A stretch of DNA of 64,000 nucleotides. It comes from an uncultured Nitrososphaerales archaeon (GTDB lineage Archaea; Thermoproteota; Nitrososphaeria; Nitrososphaerales; Gagatemarchaeaceae). Shown here piece by piece: positions 41,398 through 51,461 of the stretch; positions within the stretch are counted from its first letter, which is position 1; each line of letters begins with the position of its first letter. The stretch lies in the NCBI GenBank assembly GCA_963706445.1, contig OY970160.1:1632001-1696000 (forward strand), given 5' to 3'. Under the pieces are notes generated by a model that saw nothing but the letters and a program-made list of their open reading frames with translations, searched no databases and was not told the DNA's origin. The translations under genes were made by a program, and so were the position numbers.

Positions 41398-42489
41398 CTA
41401 CCGTGACAGAGGGAACTTGATCCTTCGACCCTTGCGTGAGGAGATGTAGATTCCGGTGGCCATCTCGAGACTCTTCCTCCCTTCGGCTCCGTCAACCGCG
41501 TTTTTCCGATGAGAGATAATCGATTGGAGGAAGTCAGAGAAATGGTTGAAAAGCGAATGTACAGAAGACAGGCCTGTCAGAGGGACGGTCCACGGTAGGA
41601 GCCTCCCTGCGAACCTGGCCTCTATTCCCTTGTCCTGTTCAATCTTTATCTCGTTCCAAGCACCGTTTGAGAAGACGTAGACCGCGGTACCGAGGCTCTT
41701 CCACGACGCATCCTTCTTGTCGGTGAGACTGATTGCGCCCTTGGTGCCAAAGATTTCTAGCCTCGGGGAGTTGCTCGCCCAAGAAGCTGTGCTCAAATTG
41801 AAGGAAGAGACTGCGCCCCTCGTGAACTTTATTGTTGCCGAAGCATAGTCCTCAACTTCGATTGGCTGAACAAGGGTGTCGACGTATCCGGACACCCAAG
41901 CTGGCTTGCCTAGGAACCATTGGATGAAGTCTAGATCGTGGGAGTAGTTCGTCATGAGTACCCCGCCCCCCGCAACGCCTTTCTTCGCCCTCCATTGCCC
42001 CTGGGACCAGTAATCCTGACCGCGGTACTGTTGAATCGTACTCAGCGTCGAAGCAACGCGGCCAATTTCTCCTGAGAGGATTACCTCCCGTATCTTCTGT
42101 ATGTGGGGTGTGAACCTGTAATGGAATCCGATTTCGAGTTTCTTCCTCATCTGCTTGCTCGCCGCTATCATCTCATCAGCCTCTCTGAGAGTCGCGGCCA
42201 TGGGCTTTGTGCAGTAAACATGATTCCCTGCCTTCATTGCCGTGACTGTGTTGCGAAGATGAATGCCTTGTGGTGTGGCTATGAATGTAACTTGTGAATC
42301 TGACTTCTTGAGCATGGTTGCTTCGTCCTCAAACCCCTCCACGTCGAACTCTGCGGCGATGTCACCCAGGACCCTCTTGTTCCGTGTGCTCACTGCGATG
42401 AGCTCTGATTCCGGCAGTTCCTTGAGCACTCTAGCATAGACAACGCCCAGGTTGCCTAGACCGACTACGCTTGTTCTTACCTTCTCCAC
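41398..42489 (-). CDS. Gfo/Idh/MocA family oxidoreductase
   Basis: VVGLGNLG, ATP..H, C(T)KP, GGG.LM..SHDLD, VED. Confidence 0.9.
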   Translation of the reverse strand: MEKVRTSVVGLGNLGVVYARVLKELPESELIAVSTRNKRVLGDIAAEFDVEGFEDEATMLKKSDSQVTFIATPQGIHLRNTVTAMKAGNHVYCTKPMAATLREADEMIAASKQMRKKLEIGFHYRFTPHIQKIREVILSGEIGRVASTLSTIQQYRGQDYWSQGQWRAKKGVAGGGVLMTNYSHDLDFIQWFLGKPAWVSGYVDTLVQPIEVEDYASATIKFTRGAVSSFNLSTASWASNSPRLEIFGTKGAISLTDKKDASWKSLGTAVYVFSNGAWNEIKIEQDKGIEARFAGRLLPWTVPLTGLSSVHSLFNHFSDFLQSIISHRKNAVDGAEGRKSLEMATGIYISSRKGRRIKFPLSR

Positions 42490-42774
42490 AGGTTGAAGTC
42501 GCCAAGAAGGGTCATTTTAAACGATGCTCGCATACTCAGGCAGAGCGCATCCGCCGAGACAAGCAAGAGAGATTCTTCGCAGAAAGCCCTCGAATCCTGA
42601 ATCCGTCACCTCAGGCCGCAGCGCTCAGTGGGTCGTCTGGCGCGGAAAGGAGGGTCACTCCAAATATCAGACCTTCCCACCGCCGGCAGGGTATTGTCTT
42701 GCTCAACCCGAGAAGAGTTCCCACTGAGGCCATTGGTTCAGCGGGCTCCAGCTGGCCTAACTTGCCACCGTGGC

Positions 42775-44369
42775 TTATTTCACTATGGTTTGGGTTTGTT
42801 CGTGCAGGAAGGAAAGCAGATAGTAGGGTCCGCCAGCTCCCTTTCCGCTCGAACCGCTGTACTTCCAACCAACGAAGGGCTGTGTTCCTGTCACTGCACC
42901 CGTGGTGGCGCTAGATTTCCTGTTTGCGTAGACTGTGCCCGCCTCAATTCTGTCAAAGAAATGGGTTACTTCCTTCCTGTCTTTGCTGAAGATGCCCGCA
43001 GTGAGCCCATATTTGCTCTTATTGGCCTCCTGGATGGCTTCATCGAGAGAATCGGTCGATGCCACTGCCAGTAGAGGGACAAAGAGCTCTTCGGTCAGGA
43101 TTGGGTGGTCCTTCGGGAGATCGGTGACGATAGTAGGTTCGACGAAATAGCCTTTGGCGTAGTCCCCGGATTTCACGGCTCTCCCGCCAAAAATCACCCG
43201 CCCGTCTTTTCTCCCTAGCTCGGCGAAGTCGATGAACTTCTGGTATGCATTGGAATTAATCAGTGGTGTGACGAACGAATCCCTTCGCGTCGGGTCGTCG
43301 ACCTTGAGGTTCTTAGTTGCATCCACGAGAAGCTTCTCGAACTGAGCCTTAACCTTCTTGTCCACGTACACCCGGGAAGTCGCGCTGCACTTTTGTCCAG
43401 AATAACCAAAAGCCCCTGAGGCGACGCCAGCGGCGGCCTTCTTGAGGTCGGCATTCTTCGTCACGATTGCGGCGTTCTTCCCTCCCATCTCAGCGATGAA
43501 CGGCCTAGGGTCCTTCGATGTGAAAGCGGCGTGTGATGCTACTCCGACATCCCTGGAACCAGTAAAGACTATGCCCTGGACTAGATTGTCTTCGACTAGA
43601 GCGTTACCGACAACCCCTCCAGGACCAGAGATGTAGTTCATCGCGCCTTTTGGTAGGCCTGCTTCAGCCAGGTACTGGCAGAAGCGAAAGCCCATCCACG
43701 GAGTATCCGTTGCTGGCTTGTAGATTACGGTATTGCCGGTGAGGAGAGCGCCTGTGGACATCCCCACCGTGAGGGCAACAAAATTGAAAGGTGCAATCAC
43801 GCCCCACACCCCGTAGGGCCTAAGGACGCTCTTCACGGCCTCAGAGGACCCGGTTTTGCTCATAACTCGGGTGTATCCTTCGTTCTCTTCCATTAGCGAA
43901 GAATAGTACCGCATCAGGTCGATTGACTCGTCGACGTCGCCCATGGCCTCGAATCTGTTCTTGCCGTTGTCAAAGGAGACCAGAGCCGCAAATTCGAACT
44001 TATTCTTGCTGACGATATCTGCCGTCTTTCCGAAGAGCCTGATTCTCTCCTTGTAAGGGATCGCGCACCATGGAACAAATGCTTCGTAGGCGGCTGCTAC
44101 CGCAATCTCAACGTCCTTCTTGCTACCGTTCTGGAACACGCCAAGAACTTCAGAAGTGTTGGCAGGGGACACGTCCTTGAACGTCGAGTCAGCATACACC
44201 TCGTTTCCGTTTTAATGTTCGGGTATGTTTTTCCGAACTCGCTTCGAATCCTCTTTATGGCCCTATCATAAGCAGAGTGAAATTCGTCTTCCTTTCTTGC
44301 CTCTACAGCTCTTGCCCAGGTAGCCTCGTTCTCAAAGGATTTCGGGACGGAAATCTGGCGATGGCTCAT
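42775..44369 (-). CDS. Aldehyde dehydrogenase, 1-pyrroline-5-carboxylate dehydrogenase-like (frameshift ~44205)
   Basis: FENE N-terminus, PFNF, FTGS, AEMGGKN, GYSGQKCSATSR, YGLTAG, QPF.GWK.SG..GK.AGG..YL. Confidence 0.85.
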
Positions 44370-44544
44370 GAGAAGAACTTTGTGACGCTATAAAGGTCTT
44401 GTTCTCATGAAGAACGCGAAGGCTTGGCAATTTCGGATTGTCTACCATTTTGTGGCATAAGTAGCGGTTGGTTGGTTGAAATGGCCGGGGATAAATAGGA
44501 ACTTGGGCTCAAGAATTAAATAGCATGCGTGGAGAGCCAGCTCA

Positions 44545-45455
44545 ATGAAGATGCGTGTTGACGGGATAAACGTTGGAACGGTAACGCCATTTAAGAGAGA
44601 CAACACCGTTGATTACGAAGGCATAAGGCAGAATCTTGACTTCGTTCTTGACGCCGGTGTGCACACGATTGAACCTGTGTCGAGTACGGGTGAAGGATCG
44701 CTTCTAACACCGGACGAGTATAAGGAAGTCGTGAAGGCCACCGTTGATTACGTCAATGGCAGAGTTCCTGTTTCTTCAGGTGCTCCCGGAGCGTCGCCCG
44801 AGACGATCATAAGGAACCTAAAGCTTGTGAAAGATCTAGGTTCGGATGGCGGTTACCTTTCAACTCCAGCATATCTGCTTCCCACGCAAAAGGGGATGCT
44901 AGCTCACTTCGGCAAGATTTTCGATTCGGTGGACATGCCAATCACCGTTTACAATGCCATCCATAGGTCGGGAGTTGAGCTCCTTCGGAGTCAGTGGCCA
45001 AGCTCGCAGAAGAGCACTCGAACTTTGTCGCCTACAAAGAGCAATCACTCTTCAGAATCTTGCAGGTGAAGAACCTTGTAGGGAATAGACTGCAGTTGAT
45101 TGGTGAAGATTGGGTCTGGCTGCCCTGCATGTCCATTGGTGTGAATGGAGTCCAATCTGTCGTCGGAAGCATCTTCCCGAGGTTAATGGTCGAGATGTAC
45201 AATGATTTCAAGAATGGGAACGTTTCGAAAGCTCTCCAGACACAAATCCAAATCACCCCATTGATGGAACCGCTCGGGGTCGGAATAGGTGGGAACGAGC
45301 CTAACCCATCGCCTCTCAAGGCAATATTGAACATGCTGGGAAGACCTGCAGGCGACCCCCGGCTGCCACTCGTTCCTGCTTCGGAAGAACTGAAGGCACT
45401 GCTCAAAACGCGCCTGATTCAAGTCGATCCAACCCTGAAGAGCAAACTGAAGTAA
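44545..45455 (+). CDS. DHDPS/NAL family aldolase (frameshift ~44985)
   Basis: VTPF, SSTGE, TP.Y, VYN, Schiff-base Lys in AYKE, RLPL. Confidence 0.87.
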
Positions 45456-45526
45456 AAGCCGGATAGGGAAGATCCATCCGGGCGCCTCGACGCCGACGAA
45501 TTCTTGCCCGGAGGGCCAGTCTGTGG

Positions 45527-46501
45527 CTACATCATGAACGAACGGCCCACATGTAACCTCGTCGCTTTATCGTAAACCTTCAGGGCAGCGCATACGTCGT
45601 GGGAGGGAACGCCCACTGACTTGAACACCGTCACTTCGTCCTCGTTCGTACGCCCCGGCCTTTTTCCTGAAATCACGTCGCCGAGAGAGTCGATGTCCTT
45701 GGGTGAAATCAGCTTGCCGGCTATTGGTTGAATGATGTCGCCGGCCTCGCGCATTGCTGACTCGAAGTCGTCGACGACTATCCGACTCATCGAGACGGTA
45801 CGGTCATCCAGTTCGCGCATTGTAGGAGTAATGCTCATTATGCTGTTGATGTGGGTCCCCTTCCGCAGCCACTCGCCATCGAAAACTGGGACCGGTGATG
45901 TCGTTGCGGTGACTATAATGTCAGACTCCCTCACCAACTGTTTCGGGCTTTCAGCTTCCCTGATCTCGGAATGCACGTCCCTTGACAAATTGCCTACGAA
46001 ACTTGCCATTCGGGAACGGTCGCTGTCGTAGGCAAGAATCCTCTTGATTTCTCTAACCCTGGAAATGGCCAGGACATGGGTTCTCCCTTGGGCCCCGGTC
46101 CCGATGATACCTAGGGTGTGCGAGTCGAGGCGGGATAGGTGTTTGGTTGCTAGCGCGCTCCCCGCTGCTGTCCTCATTGCCGTCAAGTGGGACCCGTCCA
46201 TCATGGCGAGCAGTTCACCAGTTGACGGCTTGAAGAGGAGGATCGTAGCCTGGGCGCTTGGCAATCCGAACTTCGCCATGTTGTCCTTGTACACAGCAAT
46301 TACTTTCAATCCTGCTCCGCCCAATCCTTTCACTTGTGCTGACATGGCGAGTAAAGTGCCCCCATGCTGCGACATGTCGAGAAACGACCTCCAAGACTCG
46401 ACGTTTCCTGCAGAAAGCGCTTCGAATGATATAGTGACCGCCTCGAGAGCGTCGTCGACCCCCAACAACTGCCTGACGTCCTCTCCGGTGAGCAGTAGCA
46501 C
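45527..46501 (-). CDS. Ornithine cyclodeaminase/mu-crystallin family protein
   Basis: GLK, LTAMRTAA, IIGTGAQG, VTAT, GTHIN, FKSVG...D. Confidence 0.9.
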   Translation of the reverse strand: MLLLTGEDVRQLLGVDDALEAVTISFEALSAGNVESWRSFLDMSQHGGTLLAMSAQVKGLGGAGLKVIAVYKDNMAKFGLPSAQATILLFKPSTGELLAMMDGSHLTAMRTAAGSALATKHLSRLDSHTLGIIGTGAQGRTHVLAISRVREIKRILAYDSDRSRMASFVGNLSRDVHSEIREAESPKQLVRESDIIVTATTSPVPVFDGEWLRKGTHINSIMSITPTMRELDDRTVSMSRIVVDDFESAMREAGDIIQPIAGKLISPKDIDSLGDVISGKRPGRTNEDEVTVFKSVGVPSHDVCAALKVYDKATRLHVGRSFMM

Positions 46502-46644
46502 GAAGGTGCCAAGCCAAGAACCGGTATTAAGCAGACGGGTACAACTGCGCCTTAAGCAAGGAACTGTTTGGAATCTGGAGAGTTCAGCATGCCTATTTGG
46601 GGATAGACCGATAAGGGAGCCCGAGGCACCTTCGCCGTGGTATC

Positions 46645-47724
46645 ATGAAGACTCAGCTTAGAGGTAAAGACGTGCTTACGACGTACGAATGGGAAAGGGA
46701 AGAGTTGGAGACAGTTCTAGACGTCGCGAAAGATCTGAAAGGCAAATTCGCCACCGACCAAGTAACAGATTACCTGAAGAACAAGACTTTCTTCATGGTA
46801 TTTTACAATCAGTCCATGAGAACACGGAATAGTTTCGAGGCTGGGATGACGCAACTCGGAGGACACGCTCACGACCTTACGGTCGAGAAGATTTACAGCC
46901 CCATAATGGCGGACGAGAGGAAGAAACAACTCGAAGCTGGGAAGGAGCTCAAGGAGACCCACGAAGAAATCTCAGAAACGGCTCAAATCCTCTCGAGGTA
47001 CGGGCACGGAATTGGTGTGAGGGTGTTCGGAAAGTCTGTGGACTACGTGTACGGCCGCGGGCACGAGATGATTCGGGAATTTGCGAAGTATTCGACCGTC
47101 CCGGTCTTCAACATGGCGGACGACATGGATCATCCCACACAGGCCATGGCCGACCTCATGACGATAATCGAGAAGTTCCACGGGAACGTCCAGAACAAGA
47201 AGATTGTGATGGGCTGGACCTACGCTCCAAGCCCCTGGAGGCAGCTCGCTGTTTCGCATGGGGTAATCTCAACCATGACAAAATTCGGGATGGATGTTGT
47301 CGTTGCGAACCCGAAGGGGTTCGACCTCGACCCCAAGTATACGAAGATCAGCAAGGAGAACGCAGACAGGTTTGGCGGCTCCTTCGAGGTAGTGAACGAT
47401 CTCGAGGAGGCCTGCGAGGGGGCTGACGTCGTCTATGCAAAGTCTTGGGGAGTGCGTGCTCTCCTGCCTCCGGCATCGCCGCAACCCAACCTTGAGAAGG
47501 CAAAGGAAGAGTTCGACAAGCACAAAGACTGGATCGTCAATCAGGAACTCATGGACAAGACAAAGAAGCACTCCTTGTACATGCACTGTCTCCCAGTAGA
47601 CAGAGGATTCGAAGTAACAGACGAAGTCATCGACGGGCCCCACTCGGTCGTGATAGATGAGGCAGAGAACAGGCTCCATGCGCAGAAGGCATACCTCGCA
47701 CTGACTATGGGAGGACGCCCGTAG
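46645..47724 (+). CDS. N-acetylornithine-type carbamoyltransferase (AOTCase/ArgF'-like)
   Basis: NQSMRTRNSF, HPTQ, WTYAPSP...AV, VVYAKSWG, MHCLP.DR, EAENRLH. Confidence 0.82.
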   Translation: MKTQLRGKDVLTTYEWEREELETVLDVAKDLKGKFATDQVTDYLKNKTFFMVFYNQSMRTRNSFEAGMTQLGGHAHDLTVEKIYSPIMADERKKQLEAGKELKETHEEISETAQILSRYGHGIGVRVFGKSVDYVYGRGHEMIREFAKYSTVPVFNMADDMDHPTQAMADLMTIIEKFHGNVQNKKIVMGWTYAPSPWRQLAVSHGVISTMTKFGMDVVVANPKGFDLDPKYTKISKENADRFGGSFEVVNDLEEACEGADVVYAKSWGVRALLPPASPQPNLEKAKEEFDKHKDWIVNQELMDKTKKHSLYMHCLPVDRGFEVTDEVIDGPHSVVIDEAENRLHAQKAYLALTMGGRP

Positions 47725-47868
47725 TAGTCAAATTGGATCAACTGGCATCACAATCTGAAGCTCACGTTATCGGCTTGTTAGATATCGCCTCCATGGGCGC
47801 TCGGAGTTAACGAGTGCGTGCGAGAAGAGACGAGGAGCCAGGAATTGGGGGGTTTGTCCGGCCCAGAT

Positions 47869-48840
47869 TTACAGCGCTATTTCTTGGCCTAGGCCCCTCT
47901 CCAGGGCCAGCTCGTAGGCCCTCCTGGCAACTGCGATGTCCTCGAGGGCGATTCCGACGGATTTGAACATGGTAATCTGCGAGTCGTCGGCACGCCCTAC
48001 GATACGTCCTGTTATGACGTCGCAAAGGTTTCCTTTGATGCTTTCTATATGGTAGTTTCCTTGCTTGATGGGGATGGCTAGGTCTCCGGCTTCTTCCACA
48101 ACCTGCTCAAGCCTGTCCACGAACACTCGCGATTTCTGCAGAACACTGACGTCAATTTCTTGGCGGTTGGGCGCGTTGGAACCAATTGCATTGATGTGTG
48201 TTCCCGGCCTCAGCGGCGAGCCGAAAATCACCGGGGTCGTCGCAGGCGTGGCAGTGCATATGACGTCGCATTCGTACAGTTCATCGATTGTATCCGCACC
48301 CTCGACATCCACACCGAGCTTCTCTTTGGCCTGTGACGCTAGGGCCTCGACCTTGTTGGTCTCGAGATCGTAGACCACACCCCTGGTAATTGAGGTGGCC
48401 GAAGTTACGCCTTCCAGCTGCCCATAGCCTTGGACCCCCGCGCCGAGCAGCCCTATGGTCTGTGGGGTTCTCTTGGCCAGGTACTTCGTTGCTATTCCCG
48501 AGGCCGCGCCAGTTCTTAACTGTGTCAGTCTGTTGGCAGCCACAACGGCTAGTATTGACGCGTCTGAAGTGTCGAGAACGAGGGTTAGGAAATAGGTCGA
48601 ATTGGGCTTGCGCTTTCCTGGAACGCCGAGCAGTGCCTTGAGACCAAGAGATTCTATCCCGGAGGCTGACGCCGCCATGATTCTAACCACGGCATCCGAG
48701 TTATTTTCCTTCATGACCTGGCGGGGAGGCATCAACACTCGATTCTCACTCTGTTCCTTGAATGCCGCCTCGATGCATGCGATTGTTGTCTTCATATCCA
48801 TCAGAGAAGTTACGTCGTCTTCGCTGAGCAAGAGGATCAT
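47869..48840 (-). CDS. Ornithine cyclodeaminase/mu-crystallin family protein (second paralogue)
   Basis: MPPR, GLK, LTQLRTGA, LGAGVQG, GTHINAIG, FKSVGIALED. Confidence 0.9.
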   Translation of the reverse strand: MILLLSEDDVTSLMDMKTTIACIEAAFKEQSENRVLMPPRQVMKENNSDAVVRIMAASASGIESLGLKALLGVPGKRKPNSTYFLTLVLDTSDASILAVVAANRLTQLRTGAASGIATKYLAKRTPQTIGLLGAGVQGYGQLEGVTSATSITRGVVYDLETNKVEALASQAKEKLGVDVEGADTIDELYECDVICTATPATTPVIFGSPLRPGTHINAIGSNAPNRQEIDVSVLQKSRVFVDRLEQVVEEAGDLAIPIKQGNYHIESIKGNLCDVITGRIVGRADDSQITMFKSVGIALEDIAVARRAYELALERGLGQEIAL

Positions 48841-49704
48841 CTAACCTTCGCCTCCTCCCTTGACGAAGTTGCGCAACGAAGGGAAACCATCTATCCTGCA
48901 CTCGACTTCGTCCCCGTCGCTGATCTTTGCGGCGCCAGGGGTTCCGGTCAGAATGATGTCACCGGGTTCGAACGTGAAAATTCTTGAGTGAAAAGCCACA
49001 AGGTAATCCGGCGGGAATGCCATGTTCTTGACCTTATTTGTCCTCTTGACTTCGCCGTTAACAACCGTAGAGATGTTCCGCTCCCCCAGGTCCTGGACCT
49101 CGTCTGGGGAGACGATGCACGGTCCCAAGCTGAGGAACGTGTCGTAGCTCTTGGCTCTGGTCAGGAACCGGGGGTTCCTCCGAAGTATGTCTTCCGCAGT
49201 CATGTCCAGAAGCGGGACATATCCGAAGACCACGCTTCGAACATCTGCCCGATCTACGTTCTTGCATCTCTTCCCGATAACGACCCCAAGCTCGGCCTCG
49301 GCAGTGACCCTGCTCGAATCAGGAGGAAGGACGATGTTTTCCTTCTGCCCAATCAAAGTCGTCCCAGGCTTCATGAAGCTAGCAGGCTCAGAGGGCCACT
49401 CCGCGGCGAGGTCACTCGCATGGTCACGGTAGTTCAAGCCTATACCCCAGATTTTGGGTGGATTAACCAGGGGCGGACCAAACTCCACCTCGGCAGACTG
49501 CTTGCCTGCTTTGGCGTTCGATGGGAACCTTGCTAATTCCTTCTCAAGCTTCGTCGCTGAACCTGTGGTTTCAATGAATTCAAGGAGACTCGATGGAAAA
49601 TTCGTCCCGAGCAACGCATTGATTTCAGCCATTCCCACAATTCGGCCGTTGACAAGTACTGCCGCCTCGTCTCTACCTTGGTAATGCCTGGAGTAGAATC
49701 TCAT
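48841..49704 (-). CDS. Fumarylacetoacetate hydrolase family protein
   Basis: GIGLNY..H, FMK, EAELGVVIG, DMTA, AKSYDTF, GDIILTGTP. Confidence 0.92.
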   Translation of the reverse strand: MRFYSRHYQGRDEAAVLVNGRIVGMAEINALLGTNFPSSLLEFIETTGSATKLEKELARFPSNAKAGKQSAEVEFGPPLVNPPKIWGIGLNYRDHASDLAAEWPSEPASFMKPGTTLIGQKENIVLPPDSSRVTAEAELGVVIGKRCKNVDRADVRSVVFGYVPLLDMTAEDILRRNPRFLTRAKSYDTFLSLGPCIVSPDEVQDLGERNISTVVNGEVKRTNKVKNMAFPPDYLVAFHSRIFTFEPGDIILTGTPGAAKISDGDEVECRIDGFPSLRNFVKGGGEG

Positions 49705-49903
49705 TGTTTCATCATGAATTCTATTTCGTAGCGCTGAATTGATGAAACTTGCGTAGAACCGAAATTTAAGCGTGGTGCGGAGGACTCGAGAGCGATGAGG
49801 CCTTCAAGAGCTTGAAGTTCGCAGAAGGCGTGTATTGGGTCATAACACCCATTCTTCGCGCTCAACGTTGCGGTTTCTGAAGCCAAGTTTGGACGAGCGC
49901 TGT

Positions 49904-50617
49904 TTACGCGGATTGGAGGCCCAGGTAAAGCTTGCCTAGTTCCTTGTGCTCGAGCAGCTCCGTGCAGCTACCGTAGAACGCAGTTTGACCTCCGACCAAG
50001 AGATAGACATTGTCCCCCATTTCAAGCGCCCTCCGCACGTTCTGCTCGACTAGGACTGTGGCCAAATTCAGATCCTTGGTCAAGGAAGCGATCGTCTTAA
50101 GGACCTGTGTCGATAGCTTCGGTGACAGATTGGCAGTAGGTTCGTCAAACATTATCGTTGAGGGTTTCCTGATGAGAGCCATTGACATCGAGAGCATTTG
50201 CCTTTCGCCCCCGCTCAGGTTAGCGACCTTCGTGTTCCAGTAGTCGGAGAGAATCGGAAACATCTCCAGGACCCACTTGACCCTTGATTCGTAATCCGAC
50301 TTGCGCACAATGTATCCCGAGATTCTCAGGTTGCCTCTGACAGTCAGGCTCGTGAAGCAGTTGTCGGTCTGGGGCAGATAGGTTAGCCCGAGCCTGGCGA
50401 TCTCAGGCGCGGACATCGCCGAAATGATTTTGCCGTCAAGCTCCACCGTCCCGCTGAAGATTCTTGCGATTCCGGCGACTGATTTCAGGAGTGTGCTCTT
50501 CCCTGAGCCGTTAGGGCCAACAATCACAGTCACCTTCCCCGGAGGTACCTCGATCGATACGTTGTCCAGAATCTGCAGCTTGCCATATCCTGCGGAGATC
50601 CCGTTCAGCTTGAGCAT
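49904..50617 (-). CDS. livF: Branched-chain amino acid ABC transporter ATPase
   Basis: GPNGSGKST, LSGGERQML, DEPT, VEQN. Confidence 0.92.
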   Translation of the reverse strand: MLKLNGISAGYGKLQILDNVSIEVPPGKVTVIVGPNGSGKSTLLKSVAGIARIFSGTVELDGKIISAMSAPEIARLGLTYLPQTDNCFTSLTVRGNLRISGYIVRKSDYESRVKWVLEMFPILSDYWNTKVANLSGGERQMLSMSMALIRKPSTIMFDEPTANLSPKLSTQVLKTIASLTKDLNLATVLVEQNVRRALEMGDNVYLLVGGQTAFYGSCTELLEHKELGKLYLGLQSA

Positions 50618-50619
50618 TG

Positions 50620-51456
50620 CTAGCCCCCCAAGTATGCTTCAACTACCCTCGGATCTGTGATAACCGATTGGGAATCCCCAGATCTTATGACCTGCCCGTT
50701 CGCCATTGCAATGACCCGGTCGACATAGTTCAAAGCGATGTCGAGTCGGTGCTCTATAAACAAGAACGTCACTGAAAACTCGTCCCTCATCTTGATCATG
50801 GAAGCAAGAATTTCGTGGGCTAGGGTCGGGTTAACCCCTGAGACAGGCTCGTCCAATAGCAGTAGCTTGGCCCCGCTCATTAGCGCTCTGGCCATCTCGA
50901 GTAGTTTTGACTGCCCCCCGCTGAGATTTGACGCCATCTGGTCCTTATGGCTGATCAACTTGACCGCCTCGAGGATTTCCAGGGCCTTACGCTTCTCTTC
51001 TCTTTCTGCCTTGACCCAAGTCCTCTTGAAGGGGGCCCTGACTAATCCCTCCCCTGGGTTTCCGACCGCGGCAACGAGCACGTTTTCAAGGACAGTAAGC
51101 TTTGGAAAGAGAGATGGTATCTGGAAGGTTCGGGCCAGGCCTTTACGATAGATTTCGTGCGGGGGACGGCCGTCGATCCTGTCTGATTCGAACTGCACAT
51201 TCCCTTTATCGGGTTTGTAAAGTCCCGAGACTACATTGACAAGCGTTGTCTTTCCCGAACCGTTGGGTCCGATTAGGATGGTGACGGTCTTCCGCTCTAG
51301 CGTGAATGAAACGTCATCCAGCGCGACGAGCCTTCCAAACGACTTGGACACCCCATTCACAGAGAGTATGGGAGAGGTAGACATCCCCACTTCTCCGAGG
51401 TTTCGACTTGGTGTGGCTATATCAGAATTGGAAGACATTTGTTTAGCACTAACCAT
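50620..51456 (-). CDS. livG: Branched-chain amino acid ABC transporter ATPase
   Basis: GPNGSGKTT, ARTFQ, LSGGQ, DEP, IEH, AYLG; start at 51456 or 51384. Confidence 0.92.
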   Translation of the reverse strand: MVSAKQMSSNSDIATPSRNLGEVGMSTSPILSVNGVSKSFGRLVALDDVSFTLERKTVTILIGPNGSGKTTLVNVVSGLYKPDKGNVQFESDRIDGRPPHEIYRKGLARTFQIPSLFPKLTVLENVLVAAVGNPGEGLVRAPFKRTWVKAEREEKRKALEILEAVKLISHKDQMASNLSGGQSKLLEMARALMSGAKLLLLDEPVSGVNPTLAHEILASMIKMRDEFSVTFLFIEHRLDIALNYVDRVIAMANGQVIRSGDSQSVITDPRVVEAYLGG

Positions 51457-51461
51457 CCCAT

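Noticed and set aside
42490-42774. Overlapping small ORFs in the Gfo/ALDH gap
   Set aside because: No motif or consistent frame, and they overlap neighbouring genes; treated as intergenic
14400-45000. Programmed frameshifting or phase variation as the cause of split genes
   Set aside because: No shared slippery heptamer or simple-sequence repeat; breaks hit unrelated enzymes and include compensating pairs typical of read errors
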